Shown here piece by piece: positions 12,267 through 22,360 of a stretch of 64,000 bases of DNA. The DNA comes from an uncultured Gemmatimonadales bacterium. Lineage in GTDB: Bacteria; Gemmatimonadota; Gemmatimonadetes; Palauibacterales; Palauibacteraceae. Within the stretch, counting starts at the first letter, position 1, and each line of letters opens with the position of its first letter. The position numbers and the translations under genes are program-made. The DNA lies in the NCBI GenBank assembly GCA_963783385.1, contig CAWANJ010000001.1:448001-512000 (forward strand). Direction: 5' to 3'. The notes under the pieces were generated by a model that was given only the letters and a program-made list of their open reading frames with translations, made no database searches and was not told the DNA's origin.

Positions 12267-12752
12267 TCACCGGGCCAGCGGCCCCACGCCGACCATGAGA
12301 TGGCAGAGGGCCGCGGCGCAGCCGTCGGCGGCATCGGCCGGCTCGGGCGGGCTGGCCAGGCCCAGGTGCTGCTGGACCATGAACGCCACCTGGTCCTTGG
12401 CTGCGTTTCCGTTGCCGACCACGGCCTTCTTGATCGTGGCGGGCGGGTACTCGGCCACCTCCATCTCGAACAGGGCCACGGTGAGGAGGATGGCGCCGCG
12501 AGCGTGCCCGAGGACCGCGGCGGTGCGGGCGTTGCGGCCATGGAACACGTCCTCTACCGCGACGCAGGTCGGCCGGAGCCGCTCCAGCACCTCCTGCAGG
12601 CCCCGATGGATCTGTACGAGTCGGTCGGGGAGGGGGGTGTCCGCATCGGCACGCAGCACGCCGCATTCCTCGAGGGTGAAGCCTCCCCCGGCCCGGGCGA
12701 CCAGCCCGTAGCCCGTGACGTGGCTGCCGGGATCGATCCCGAGGACTCTCAG
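12267..12752 (-). CDS. ruvC: Crossover junction endodeoxyribonuclease RuvC
   Basis: RVLGIDPG, VAVEDVF, LGHARG, IKKAVVGNGNAAKDQV, DAADG; likely CTG start overlapping the yebC stop. Confidence 0.95.
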   Translation of the reverse strand: MRVLGIDPGSHVTGYGLVARAGGGFTLEECGVLRADADTPLPDRLVQIHRGLQEVLERLRPTCVAVEDVFHGRNARTAAVLGHARGAILLTVALFEMEVAEYPPATIKKAVVGNGNAAKDQVAFMVQQHLGLASPPEPADAADGCAAALCHLMVGVGPLAR

Positions 12753-13507
12753 GAGCCGGCCGACTCCATGGCCGCGAGGGCCTCCTCGTCCACTTCGAAG
12801 TTCGACCACACCTTCTGCACGTCGTCGTGGTCCTCGATCTCCGACAGGAGCTCGAGCAGGCGCTCGGCCTGCCGACCCTCGACCCGCATGGTCGACTTGG
12901 GCACCATGGCCAGGCCGGACTCCCGGATCTCGAGGCCCCGCGCCCGCAGCGCCTCGGCGACTTCGTGGAAGCGGGCCGCGGAGGTCTGGATGCGGTACGC
13001 GTCTCCGTCACGCGTCATGTCATCGGCGCCAGCCTCGAGGGCCGCCTCGAGCGCCACGTCCTCATCGTAGTGCCCGGCGTCCAGCCACACCTCGCCGACC
13101 CGGTCGAACATCCACGCCACCGAGCCGTCACGCCCCAGGTTGCCGTCGTAGCGCTCGAGGAGGTAGCGCAGCTCCTGAACGGTGCGGTTGGCGTTGTCGG
13201 TGACGCATTCCATGAACAGGGCGGCGCCGCCGGGTCCGTACCCCTCGTAGGTGACCTCCTGGTAGTCGACCCCCGGGAGCTCGCCCGTGCCGCGCTGGAT
13301 GGCGCGCTCGATGTTCTCGTTGGGCATGTTCTCGGCCTGCGCGTTGTCGATGGCGGTGCGCAGGCGCGGATTGAACCCCGGATCGCCGCCACTCTCCCGG
13401 GCCGCCACCGCGATCTCCCGGCCCAGCTTGGCGAACAAGCGACCCTTCTGCTTGTCGTTCCTGCCCTTCTGGCGCTTGATCTTGGACCACTTGCTGTGAC
13501 CTGACAA
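12749..13507 (-). CDS. yebC: YebC/PmpR family protein
   Basis: SGHSKWSKIKR, NPRLR, YEGYGPGG, TDNANRT, DDVQKVWSN. Confidence 0.97.
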   Translation of the reverse strand: MSGHSKWSKIKRQKGRNDKQKGRLFAKLGREIAVAARESGGDPGFNPRLRTAIDNAQAENMPNENIERAIQRGTGELPGVDYQEVTYEGYGPGGAALFMECVTDNANRTVQELRYLLERYDGNLGRDGSVAWMFDRVGEVWLDAGHYDEDVALEAALEAGADDMTRDGDAYRIQTSAARFHEVAEALRARGLEIRESGLAMVPKSTMRVEGRQAERLLELLSEIEDHDDVQKVWSNFEVDEEALAAMESAGS

Positions 13508-13643
13508 CCGGATGCTCCCGCGTGGAATGCCCGAGTGGTGCGAAGCCGCTCCGGGAGCCCGCCGCCGGGCTCGCGCGGGGCCCGTGCTCCCGGAATTTCT
13601 CTACCCTCCGCGCCGGGGCGTGTGCCCCGGCGCGGACGGCCCC

Positions 13644-15743
13644 TCAGGAGGCCTGGCGCTCCTCCTGCGACCGGGCGATGACCCGCTCGGTCACGTCGGC
13701 CGGCGCGCGCTCGTAGCCGTGCAGCCGCCGGGCGTGCATGCCCTTGCCGTGGGTGAGGGAGCGCAGCGCCGCCGAGTATCGGTACAGCTCGGCCTGGGGG
13801 ACCATGGCCCGGACGAGCTGCAGGTGGCCGCGGGCCTCGATGCCCAGGACCCGGCCCCGGCGACCGTTCAGGTCGCCGATGATGTCGCCCATGTACTCCT
13901 CGGGCGTGGTGACCTCGATCTCCATGATCGGTTCGAGCAGCACCGGCCCCGCCTTCTGGGCCACGTGCTTGAACGCCATGGAGCCGGCCACCTTGAACGC
14001 CTGCTCGGAGCTGTCCACCGAGTGGTGCGAACCGTCGTACACCTCGGCCTGGAAGTCCACGACGGGGTAGCCGGCCAGCACCCCTCGAGCGGCGGCCTCC
14101 CGGATGCCGTGGTCGACGGCGGACACGAACTTGTTGGGGATCACGCCCCCCTTGATCGCATCCACGAACTCGTAGTCGGATCCATGCGGCAGGGGCCTGA
14201 GCCGCACCCAGCAGTCCCCGTACTGGCCCCGTCCACCCGTCTGCTTCTTGTAGCGGCCCTGCCCCTCGGCCTCCCTGGTGAGCGTCTCACGGTAGGGGAT
14301 GCGCGGCTCCTCGGTTTGGACCTCCACTCCGTACTTCCGGAGCAGCTTCTCCAGGGTGACGTTCAGGTGGAGCTCCCCGAGCCCCCTCGCGATCGTCTGG
14401 CCCAGCTCGGAATCGAACGCGGCCCGGAAGGTGGGATCCTCTTCGTGAAGACGCGTCAGCCCTGTCGAGAGCCGGTCCTCGTCGCCACGGGACGCCGGGG
14501 CCACGGCCACGGCGATGTCCGGCTCCGGCCAGTCGATGGTCTGCAGCCGGAGCGGCCTGGATTCCGAGGCGAGGGTGTCGCCCGTATGCGTGACCTTGAG
14601 CTTGGCGACCACCCCAATGTCGCCGGCGTGCAGCCGACCGACCTCGAGCCGCTCGGACCCGTTCGGGATCGCCAGGTGCGTGATCCGCTCGCTGCCGGAG
14701 CGGCTGGCGTTGGCCAGGGAGTCTCCATTCGAGACCGTGCCCGAGAACACGCGGAAGAAGCTGAGCTCGCCGGCGTGCGGCTCGGCCGTCGTCTTGAACA
14801 CCAGAGCCGTCGCCGACTCCGAGTCCGAGCCGGTCAGCTCCACGGGCTCGCCGTCCCGATCCTCGGCCAGGTACGGCCCCGCCTCGTTGGGAGACGGCAG
14901 CAGCTCGACCAGCTTGTTGAGCACCGCGCGCACGCCCCAGCCGCTCCGCGCCGAGCCGCAGAAGATCGGGAACAGCTCGCCGCGGCGCATGGCCGCGGCC
15001 ATCGCCGACAGGACCCGCTCCCTGTCCAGCTCCTCGCCCTCCAGGTACGCCTCCAGGAGCGCGTCGTCGGTCGTGGCAATGGTCTCGATGAGCTCCTGCC
15101 GGTAGCGCTCGACGCCGGGGCCGAGCTCCTCGGGGATCTCGACCTCCTCGTACTCTCCCCGGTCGCTCCCGGCGCGGTACAGGTGCGCTTTCTGCGAGAA
15201 CAGGTTCACGATCCCGCGGTACTCGTCGCCCGCCCCGATCGGGACCTCGACCGGGATGGCGCCCTCGGCGATCACCGACTTGATCTGTCCGAAGGTCTTT
15301 TCGAACGAGGCGTTCTCCTTGTCCATCATGGAGATGAAGAAGAGGCGCGGCAGTCCGTGGTCGGCGGCCGCGGCCCATACCTTCTCCGTGCCCGCCTCGA
15401 CCCCGGCGACCGCGCTCACCACGACCAGCGCACCATCGGCCACGCGCAGGCCAGCCAGCGTCTCCCCGTAGAAGTCCAGGTAGCCCGGCGTGTCGATCAG
15501 GTTCACCTTGGCGCCCATCCAGGGCGCGTGGGCGACCCCGAGATTGATCGACATGCCGTGCGAGGTCTCTTCCGGCGTGAAGTCCGTGACCGCGTTGCCG
15601 GCCTCCACGGAGCCGCGTCGGCCCGTCGAGCCCGCAATGTAGCACATCGCGTCGGTCAGGCTGGTCTTGCCGCATCCCCCGTGGCCCAGGAGGACGACGT
15701 TGCGGATGCGGTCGGTCGTGTATTCCTGCGCAGAGGCCGCCAT
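13644..15743 (-). CDS. fusA: Elongation factor G paralog (EF-G2-like)
   Basis: GHGGCGKTS G1, DTPG, EEDPTF, GLGELHL, KKQTGGRGQYG, DGSHHSVDSSE, LLEPIM; switch I reads HGMSI instead of RGITI; no rpsL/rpsG context. Confidence 0.92.
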   Translation of the reverse strand: MAASAQEYTTDRIRNVVLLGHGGCGKTSLTDAMCYIAGSTGRRGSVEAGNAVTDFTPEETSHGMSINLGVAHAPWMGAKVNLIDTPGYLDFYGETLAGLRVADGALVVVSAVAGVEAGTEKVWAAAADHGLPRLFFISMMDKENASFEKTFGQIKSVIAEGAIPVEVPIGAGDEYRGIVNLFSQKAHLYRAGSDRGEYEEVEIPEELGPGVERYRQELIETIATTDDALLEAYLEGEELDRERVLSAMAAAMRRGELFPIFCGSARSGWGVRAVLNKLVELLPSPNEAGPYLAEDRDGEPVELTGSDSESATALVFKTTAEPHAGELSFFRVFSGTVSNGDSLANASRSGSERITHLAIPNGSERLEVGRLHAGDIGVVAKLKVTHTGDTLASESRPLRLQTIDWPEPDIAVAVAPASRGDEDRLSTGLTRLHEEDPTFRAAFDSELGQTIARGLGELHLNVTLEKLLRKYGVEVQTEEPRIPYRETLTREAEGQGRYKKQTGGRGQYGDCWVRLRPLPHGSDYEFVDAIKGGVIPNKFVSAVDHGIREAAARGVLAGYPVVDFQAEVYDGSHHSVDSSEQAFKVAGSMAFKHVAQKAGPVLLEPIMEIEVTTPEEYMGDIIGDLNGRRGRVLGIEARGHLQLVRAMVPQAELYRYSAALRSLTHGKGMHARRLHGYERAPADVTERVIARSQEERQAS

Positions 15744-15867
15744 GGCCGACTCCTCTCAGAGGCCCGTCGATGAACCGGGGCGGTTGAACCGGTCGTGGGG
15801 CTCCCCATTCTAGGCGAGGAGTCGGAGGATCGAAAGGGCCACGCGGGTCCCGGCGGAGGGAGGGCGG

Positions 15868-16782
15868 TCAGCCCCGGTAGCGGCGGCTCATCTCGTCCAG
15901 GAACTCGCGCTCCTCCTCCGTCAGCGAGTCCATCCCGCTCTCGCGGATCTTGTCCAGCACCCGGTCCACCTCGTCCAGGGTGTCCCCGGACGGTCGGCGG
16001 CGGGAGTGCGGCCGTCCCGCGGAGGTCGAGCGGGGACGGGACGCGGCGTCGCCGCGCCCGACGCGCGCCGCTCCGCGCCGTCCCCTACCGGTCCAGCGCG
16101 TCCACCGGCGACCCACCGCCGACAGCCCCCGGTCCAGGACGGTGCCCCAACGGAGGTAGAGGTAACCGGTCACCAGTCCGCCGAGGTGCGCCCACTCGGC
16201 CACGGGACCGCCGCGGGCCACGAAGGTGGCCCACACGGCCACGCCGGCCAGGAAGGTCACGAACCACTTGGCCTTGATGGGGAGGATCCCCCACACGTAG
16301 ATGGGCGCGTCCGGCCAGCGCAGGGCGAAAGCGAGCATCACCCCGTAGATGGCGGCCGACGCCCCGATCACGGTGGGCGTCCCGATGAGGGGGATGAGCA
16401 CCACCGAGGCCAGCGCCCCGCCCAGTCCGGCCACAATGTAGAAGCGGATGAAGGCGGTCCCGCCCCAGGCGCGCTCCAGCGGAGGTCCGAAGAAGAACAG
16501 GACCAGCATGTTGAAGAACACGTGCAGGAAGCCGCCGTGCACGAACATGTAGGTGAGCGGCGACCAGGGGTGCACGAGGAGGCGCGCCGGCGAGAAGCCG
16601 AACACGTACGCCGTCCAGTCCAGGGGGAGGAGCCGCACGGCGTTGAGGAGCCAGATGATGCCGTTGGCCACGATGAGGCGCGTGACCCAGGGCGTGAAGA
16701 AGCGCCCGAGCCGACCGGCGGGCCCCCCGCCGAATCCGCCCCCGCCCGAGCCGTAACTGTACGATCGCTCCGCGTAGCTCAT
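15868..16782 (-). CDS. Rhomboid family intramembrane serine protease with C-terminal extension
   Basis: TYMFVH, HVFFNM, GASAA catalytic Ser, AHLGG catalytic His; C-terminal EVDRVLDKIRESGMDSLTEEE. Confidence 0.92.
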   Translation of the reverse strand: MSYAERSYSYGSGGGGFGGGPAGRLGRFFTPWVTRLIVANGIIWLLNAVRLLPLDWTAYVFGFSPARLLVHPWSPLTYMFVHGGFLHVFFNMLVLFFFGPPLERAWGGTAFIRFYIVAGLGGALASVVLIPLIGTPTVIGASAAIYGVMLAFALRWPDAPIYVWGILPIKAKWFVTFLAGVAVWATFVARGGPVAEWAHLGGLVTGYLYLRWGTVLDRGLSAVGRRWTRWTGRGRRGAARVGRGDAASRPRSTSAGRPHSRRRPSGDTLDEVDRVLDKIRESGMDSLTEEEREFLDEMSRRYRG

Positions 16783-16831
16783 GATCCCCCGTGCCCCGGT
16801 CGAACCCCTCCGGCCGGGCGCCGTTCCCCGA

Positions 16832-17854
16832 TCAGGCGGCTCCGTCGGATCGAGGAGCGATGGCGAGGCGCACGATCCGGTCGCAGAGCTCCGGGAAGGA
16901 GAGGCCGGCCGCCGCGCCCGCCTTGGGGACGAGGCTGTTGGCGCTCATGCCGGGCAGCGCGTTGGCCTCCAGACACCAGGGCGTACCGTCTCCGTCCAGC
17001 ATGAAGTCGATGCGGCTGAAGCCCTCCAGCTTCAGTGCCCGGTGGGCGGCCATGGCGGTACTCCGCACGCGTCCGGCCACCGCAGCCGGCAGGTCGGCGG
17101 GAAAGATCTCGCGGGCCATCCCCGGCTGATACTTGCATTCGTAGTCGAAGACCTCGTGCTCGGGGATGATCTCCCCCACGGGCAGCGCCTCGTCTCCCAC
17201 GACCGCCACGGTCAACTCCCGACCTTGCACGAAGCGCTCCACGAGCACCTCCGTGTCGTAGCGCCGCGCCGCGCGGATGGCGGTCGGGAGCGCATCCGCT
17301 TCGCGCACCACGGAGAGCCCGACGGTGGAGCCTTCCCGGTTGGGCTTGACCACCACGGGCAGCCCCGGCTCCTCCGCCCGGACGTCGGCGTCGGCGGCCG
17401 CGGTCACGGTGCGCCACGGCGGAGTGGGGATCCCCGCCTGCAGGAAGAGCCGCTTGGCGACCTCCTTGTCCATGGCCAGGGCGCAGCCCAGGTGGCGGCT
17501 GCCCGTGAACGTCACTCCGGCCAGCTCGAGGAGCGCCTGGAGGGTGCCGTCCTCCCCCACGCCGCCGTGCAGGATGGGGAAGAGCACGTCGGCGTCCGAC
17601 ACCTCGGGCAGGGCCAGGAGGTCCGCGAGCACGCCGACGCCCAGCGGCGCCAGACCTTCCCACGCCGGCGGCGCCGCGCGCACGCCGCGCGCCGCGATCT
17701 CGTCCTCCATTGCCACGGACAGGGGCCCGGACGCCGTGTCGATGGCCACGACGTCGTGGCCGGCCCGACGCAGCGCGCGCGTCACCTGCACGCCGGAGTC
17801 CAGCGACACCTCGCGCTCGGCCGAGGCGCCGCCCAGGAGCACCGCGATTCTCAC
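16832..17854 (-). CDS. ddl: D-alanine--D-alanine ligase
   Basis: GGASAEREVS, LHGGVGEDG, MDK, KPNREGST, FDYECKY, EANALPG. Confidence 0.95.
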   Translation of the reverse strand: MRIAVLLGGASAEREVSLDSGVQVTRALRRAGHDVVAIDTASGPLSVAMEDEIAARGVRAAPPAWEGLAPLGVGVLADLLALPEVSDADVLFPILHGGVGEDGTLQALLELAGVTFTGSRHLGCALAMDKEVAKRLFLQAGIPTPPWRTVTAAADADVRAEEPGLPVVVKPNREGSTVGLSVVREADALPTAIRAARRYDTEVLVERFVQGRELTVAVVGDEALPVGEIIPEHEVFDYECKYQPGMAREIFPADLPAAVAGRVRSTAMAAHRALKLEGFSRIDFMLDGDGTPWCLEANALPGMSANSLVPKAGAAAGLSFPELCDRIVRLAIAPRSDGAA

Positions 17855-17858
17855 CGGC

Positions 17859-19254
17859 TCAATCGCCCATGAGGTGGTGGAGGAGGTCGTACCGGGTCAG
17901 GATCCCGATGATGACGCCCCCGTCCTCGACCAGGACGGCGGGCACGTCGCGCGTCAGCCGACGGCTCAGGGCGTTGATCTCGACGGTGGCGTCCACGACC
18001 GGAAACGCGCCGCCGGCCAGCTCTCCGACGGGTCGGTCCAGGTTGTCGGGGTCGTCCAGGGCCGCCGACATCAGGGTCGCTTCCGTGACCGAGCCCTGCG
18101 GCCGGCCCTCGGACAGCACCGGGAGCTGCGAGACGTTGTGCGCCTCGATGAGGGCCAGGGCTTCCCGGACCGTGGCCTCGGGCGGGACGGAGACGAGCGC
18201 TTCCGTCCCCGGCACCCGCTTGGTACCGAGCAGGTAGTCGGCCGTCACCCGCTCGGGCCGGAGCATCTCGATTCTCCCGCATCCACTCTTCGTTGTAGAG
18301 CTTGGAGAGGTAGCGCTCGCCCGTATCACACAGGATGCACACCACGCAGGCCTCCGGGTCGTCGACCTCCTTGGCCACGTGCACCGCCAGGGCCACGTTG
18401 AGCCCCGTGGACCCGCCCACGAACATCCCCTCCTCGCGCGTGACCCGGCGCGCCATGAGGAAGGACTCCCGGTCTCCCACCGTCCGGAACTCGTCGATGA
18501 GCTCGAAGTCGAGCGTGCCGGGGATCTTGTCGTTCCCGATCCCCTCGACCTTGTAGGGGGCGTGGGGTCCCTTCTCTCTCGTGGCGAAGTATCGGGCGAA
18601 GATGGAGCCCGCCGGATCGCCGGCGATCACGCGAATGGAAGGGTCCTTCTCCTTGAGGAACCGGGCCACCCCGGTGATCGTGCCACCCGTGCCCGCCGAG
18701 GCGACGAAGTGGGTGACGCGGCCCTCGGTCTGCTCCCAGATCTCCGGTCCCGTGGTCTCGTAGTGGGCCTGCGGATTCACCGGATTGAAGAACTGGTCGG
18801 CCAGCACGGCGTCGGGACGTTCGGCCGCGATGCGGCGCGCCACGTTGCCGTAGTAATCCGGGTGGTCGGGCTCTACGGCCGAGGGCGTGACGATGACCTC
18901 GGCCCCGTAGCCCTTGAGGAGCCGCACCTTCTCGGCACTCATCTTGTCCGGGATCACGAACACGCAGCGGTAGCCCTTGACCGCCGCGGCCAGCGCCAGG
19001 CCGACCCCCGTGTTGCCGGAGGTCCCCTCGACCACCGTGCCGCCGGGGCGCAGGCGCCCCTCCCGCTCGGCCTCCTCGATGATCTTGACCCCGATGCGGT
19101 CCTTGACGGAGCCGCCGGGGTTGGCCTGCTCCGCCTTCCCGTAAAGGGGAGTGCGCGCGCCGTCGACCACCCTGCGCAGACGGATGAGCGGCGTCCAGCC
19201 GATCGTCTCCAGCACGCTGTCGTAGGGACGTCGATGCGGCGGGGGCTGAGTCAT
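17859..19254 (-). pseudogene. Cystathionine beta-synthase (PLP domain + CBS domains), interrupted by a +1 frameshift near 18270 (possibly a sequencing error)
   Basis: NPGGSVKDRIG, EGTSGNTG, GTGGT, YLSKLYNEEWMREN in one frame; CBS pair (VSQLPV...GILTRYDLL) continues in another frame after GAGAATCGAGATG. Confidence 0.85.
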
Positions 19255-19667
19255 GGCTCGTGGACCTCTTCCGGGAGCGGGTAGCGCACCGGCAGCACCG
19301 CCCACACGGCCACGGGGCGGTCGCCCTGACGGGCCGGACGGTAACGAAGCCGGCGCGCTCCGGCCAGCGCCGCCGAGTCCAGCACCGGGTAGCCGCTCGA
19401 CGTGACAACGTAGGCGGAGTCCACCGTCCCGTCCGTGTCGATGTGGATCCTGAGACGCGTCTCGCCGCCGATGCGGGCCTGCCATGCCTGGTCGGGGTAG
19501 TCGAACGGCGACTGCTGGTTCTGCATCACCGGGACGCGGAAGGAGCCGCTCCGGACGCCGAGGCGGAGGCCGCCCAGGACCGGGCTGACCGTGTCGGCGC
19601 AGCCCGCGAGGAGCGGAACCGCCAGCACCACCGACGCCACCAGCGCGGCGCCGCGTCCGACTCTCAC
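19251..19667 (-). CDS. TonB C-terminal domain lipoprotein (energy transducer TonB family)
   Basis: Lipobox LAGC; YPDQAWQARIGG, SSGYPVLDSAAL, RYRPA. Confidence 0.85.
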   Translation of the reverse strand: MRVGRGAALVASVVLAVPLLAGCADTVSPVLGGLRLGVRSGSFRVPVMQNQQSPFDYPDQAWQARIGGETRLRIHIDTDGTVDSAYVVTSSGYPVLDSAALAGARRLRYRPARQGDRPVAVWAVLPVRYPLPEEVHEP

Positions 19668-22360
19668 GGCTCGCCTCCCGGGAGCGGACGCCGCGGGGGC
19701 GCATCCGCTGCACCCGGCTCCTCGAGGCCCGCCAGCCGTCGAAGCTCCGCCAGCGCCTGCAGCGCCTCGAGCGGCGTCGTCCGGTCGAGGTCCAGGTCCG
19801 TCAGCCTCTGGAGCACGTCGACGGCGGAGACCCGCGGGCCCGACCCTCCCTCCGGCACCTCCTCCCCGTCCACGGCGGGGACCCCGCCGGCGGCCGCCTC
19901 CGGCTCGAACAGGCTGAGCTGCGGCCGGCCCTCGTTGACGAGACTGGCCAGCCGCGTCCCGGCCCCGCTCTCGCCGCCCTCGAGGACCCGCAGCACCTCC
20001 GCAGCGCGCTCCACCACCGGGGCCGGCAGGCCCGCCAGCCGGCCCACGTGCACGCCGTAGGAGCGGTCGCTGCCTCCCGGTACTACCCGCCGCAAGAACA
20101 CGATGTCCTCACCGGTCTCCCGCACCGCCACGTTGAAGGCCCCGACGCCCTCGAGCCGGTCCGCCAGCTCGACGAGCTCGTGGTAGTGGGTCGCGAAGAT
20201 CGTCCGGGCCCCCACCACGTCGTGGATGTACTCCGTCACGGCCCAGGCGATCGACACGCCGTCGTAGGTCGAGGTGCCGCGCCCGATCTCGTCCAGGAGC
20301 ACCAGGCTCCGATCGGTGGCCCCGTTGAGGATGGTGGCGGTCTCGGTCATCTCGACCATGAAGGTGCTCTGACCGCGGACCAGGTTGTCGGAGGCGCCCA
20401 CGCGGGTGAAGATCCGGTCGCACAGCCCGATCCGGGCCCGGTCCGCCGGCACGAAGGCGCCGATCTGCGCCATGAGCGCGATGAGGCCGACCTGCCGTAG
20501 CACGGTGGACTTCCCGGACATGTTGGGGCCCGTGAGGACCATCACCCGCGTGCCGCGGTCCAGGACCACGTCGTTGGGGATGAACGCCTCCCGGGCCATC
20601 ATGCGCTCGACCACCGGGTGTCGCCCTCCCCGGATCTCGAGGCGGTAGCCGTCGTCGACCTCGGGCCGGACGTATCCCTCCCGCACCGCGACCTCGGCCA
20701 GCGACGCCAGCACGTCGGTCCGCGCCACGCGGTCGGCGGCGGCCTGGAGACGGCCGACCTCCTCGGCGAGCGCCGCCCGGACCTCCCCGTACAGCTCGGA
20801 CTCGAGGCTCGCGATGGCCTCCTCGGCCCCCACGACCTTCTCCTCCCACTCCTTGAGCTCGGGGGTGAAGTAGCGCTCGGCGTTGGTGAGCGTCTGCTTG
20901 CGGTGGTAGTCGTCCGGGACCCGGCCGAGGTGCGTCTTCGTCACCTCGAGGTAGTACCCGAACACCTTGTTGTAGCCCACCTTGAGACTTCCGATGCCGG
21001 TCCGCTCGCGCTCCCGTGCCTGCAGGTCCGCGATGAAGTCGACCGCGTGGTCACGGGTGTCGCGCAGCGCGTCGAGCGCCTCCGAGAAGCCCCGGCGGAT
21101 CACCCCGCCGTCCTTGAGGGTCGCCGGCGCCTCCGGATCGATGGCGCGGCGGATGGCGTCCGCCACGTCGTCGAGGGGATCGAAGCCGGCGGCCAGGTCG
21201 CGCAGAACGGCCGAAGACGCGCCCTCGAGGCCGGCCGCCAGCGCCGGGAGGACGTCCAGGGAGCCGACCAGGGCGAGGAGCTCCCTCGGAGCCGCACGAG
21301 CGGTCGCGATCTTGGCGGCCAGGCGCTCCAGGTCGCGTACATCCGCCAGAGCGATCCTCAGCGCACGGCGACGGTCCTCGGCCTCGACCAGCTCCGCCAC
21401 CCCGGCCTGCCGGTAGTGGATTCCGTCCAGGTCGAGGAGGGGATGGAGCACGCGGCGCCGGAGAAGCCGGCCTCCCATGGCCGTGCGAGTCCGATCCAGC
21501 ACCTCGAGCAGCGTCCCGCCCCCCTCGGGCCGGAGCGGGCTCACCAGCTCCAGGTTGCGGCGCGTCATCTCGTCGAGGTGCATGTAGCGGCCGGCCCGTT
21601 CGACGCGCGGCGGCCGCAGGTGCTCGACCCCGGCGGGCCGCACCTCGCGCAGGTAGGCCACCAGCGCCCCGGCCGCCGAGACGACGTGGGGCTCCTCCGC
21701 CGCACGGAAGCCGAACCCCTCGGTCCCGGCCACCCCGAACTGATCGCGCAGCGCCTCGTCCGCCATCGCCGGCTCGAAACGCCAGGGCGCCAGCCGGCTC
21801 ACGGTCCACGGCCCGGACGGTGCGCCTCCCTCGTCGCCCTCGGCCACGACGAGCTCGGCGGGCTCGAGACGCGCCAGCTGGTCGGCGACCTCGTCCGCCC
21901 GCACCGACCACAGCTCGAACTCGCCCGTCGACAGGTCCGCCGTGGCCACTCCGACGGGATCCCGCCCGGCGAGCACCACGATGAAGTTGTTGCGGTCGGC
22001 CGTGAGGAGGCCGTCCTCGAGGACGGTTCCCGGCGTGATCGTCTCGACGACCTCCCGGCGCACGAGGCCGTCCGCCTCCGCCGCGTCCTCGACCTGCTCG
22101 CAGATGGCCACCCGCCGGCCCGAGCGCAGCAGTCGCGGCAGGTACTCATCCACCGCCTTCACCGGGATGCCGGCCAGGGGGACGTCCCCCTGGCCGCCGT
22201 TGTTCCGCGACGTGAGCGTGAGGCCCAGGAGCCGGCTCCCCTCGGCCGCATCGTCGAAGAACATCTCGTAGAAGTCGCCCACCCGGAAGAAGAGGAGCGC
22301 CTCCGGGTGGCGCGCCTTGATGTCCAGGTACTGCTGGATCAGGGGCGTATGCTCGCTCAT
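19664..22360 (-). CDS. mutS: DNA mismatch repair protein MutS
   Basis: TPLIQQY, FRVGDFYEMF, TRRNLEL, TGPNMSGKST, GQSTFMVEM, DEIGRGTST, FATHYHEL. Confidence 0.98.
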   Translation of the reverse strand: MSEHTPLIQQYLDIKARHPEALLFFRVGDFYEMFFDDAAEGSRLLGLTLTSRNNGGQGDVPLAGIPVKAVDEYLPRLLRSGRRVAICEQVEDAAEADGLVRREVVETITPGTVLEDGLLTADRNNFIVVLAGRDPVGVATADLSTGEFELWSVRADEVADQLARLEPAELVVAEGDEGGAPSGPWTVSRLAPWRFEPAMADEALRDQFGVAGTEGFGFRAAEEPHVVSAAGALVAYLREVRPAGVEHLRPPRVERAGRYMHLDEMTRRNLELVSPLRPEGGGTLLEVLDRTRTAMGGRLLRRRVLHPLLDLDGIHYRQAGVAELVEAEDRRRALRIALADVRDLERLAAKIATARAAPRELLALVGSLDVLPALAAGLEGASSAVLRDLAAGFDPLDDVADAIRRAIDPEAPATLKDGGVIRRGFSEALDALRDTRDHAVDFIADLQARERERTGIGSLKVGYNKVFGYYLEVTKTHLGRVPDDYHRKQTLTNAERYFTPELKEWEEKVVGAEEAIASLESELYGEVRAALAEEVGRLQAAADRVARTDVLASLAEVAVREGYVRPEVDDGYRLEIRGGRHPVVERMMAREAFIPNDVVLDRGTRVMVLTGPNMSGKSTVLRQVGLIALMAQIGAFVPADRARIGLCDRIFTRVGASDNLVRGQSTFMVEMTETATILNGATDRSLVLLDEIGRGTSTYDGVSIAWAVTEYIHDVVGARTIFATHYHELVELADRLEGVGAFNVAVRETGEDIVFLRRVVPGGSDRSYGVHVGRLAGLPAPVVERAAEVLRVLEGGESGAGTRLASLVNEGRPQLSLFEPEAAAGGVPAVDGEEVPEGGSGPRVSAVDVLQRLTDLDLDRTTPLEALQALAELRRLAGLEEPGAADAPPRRPLPGGEP

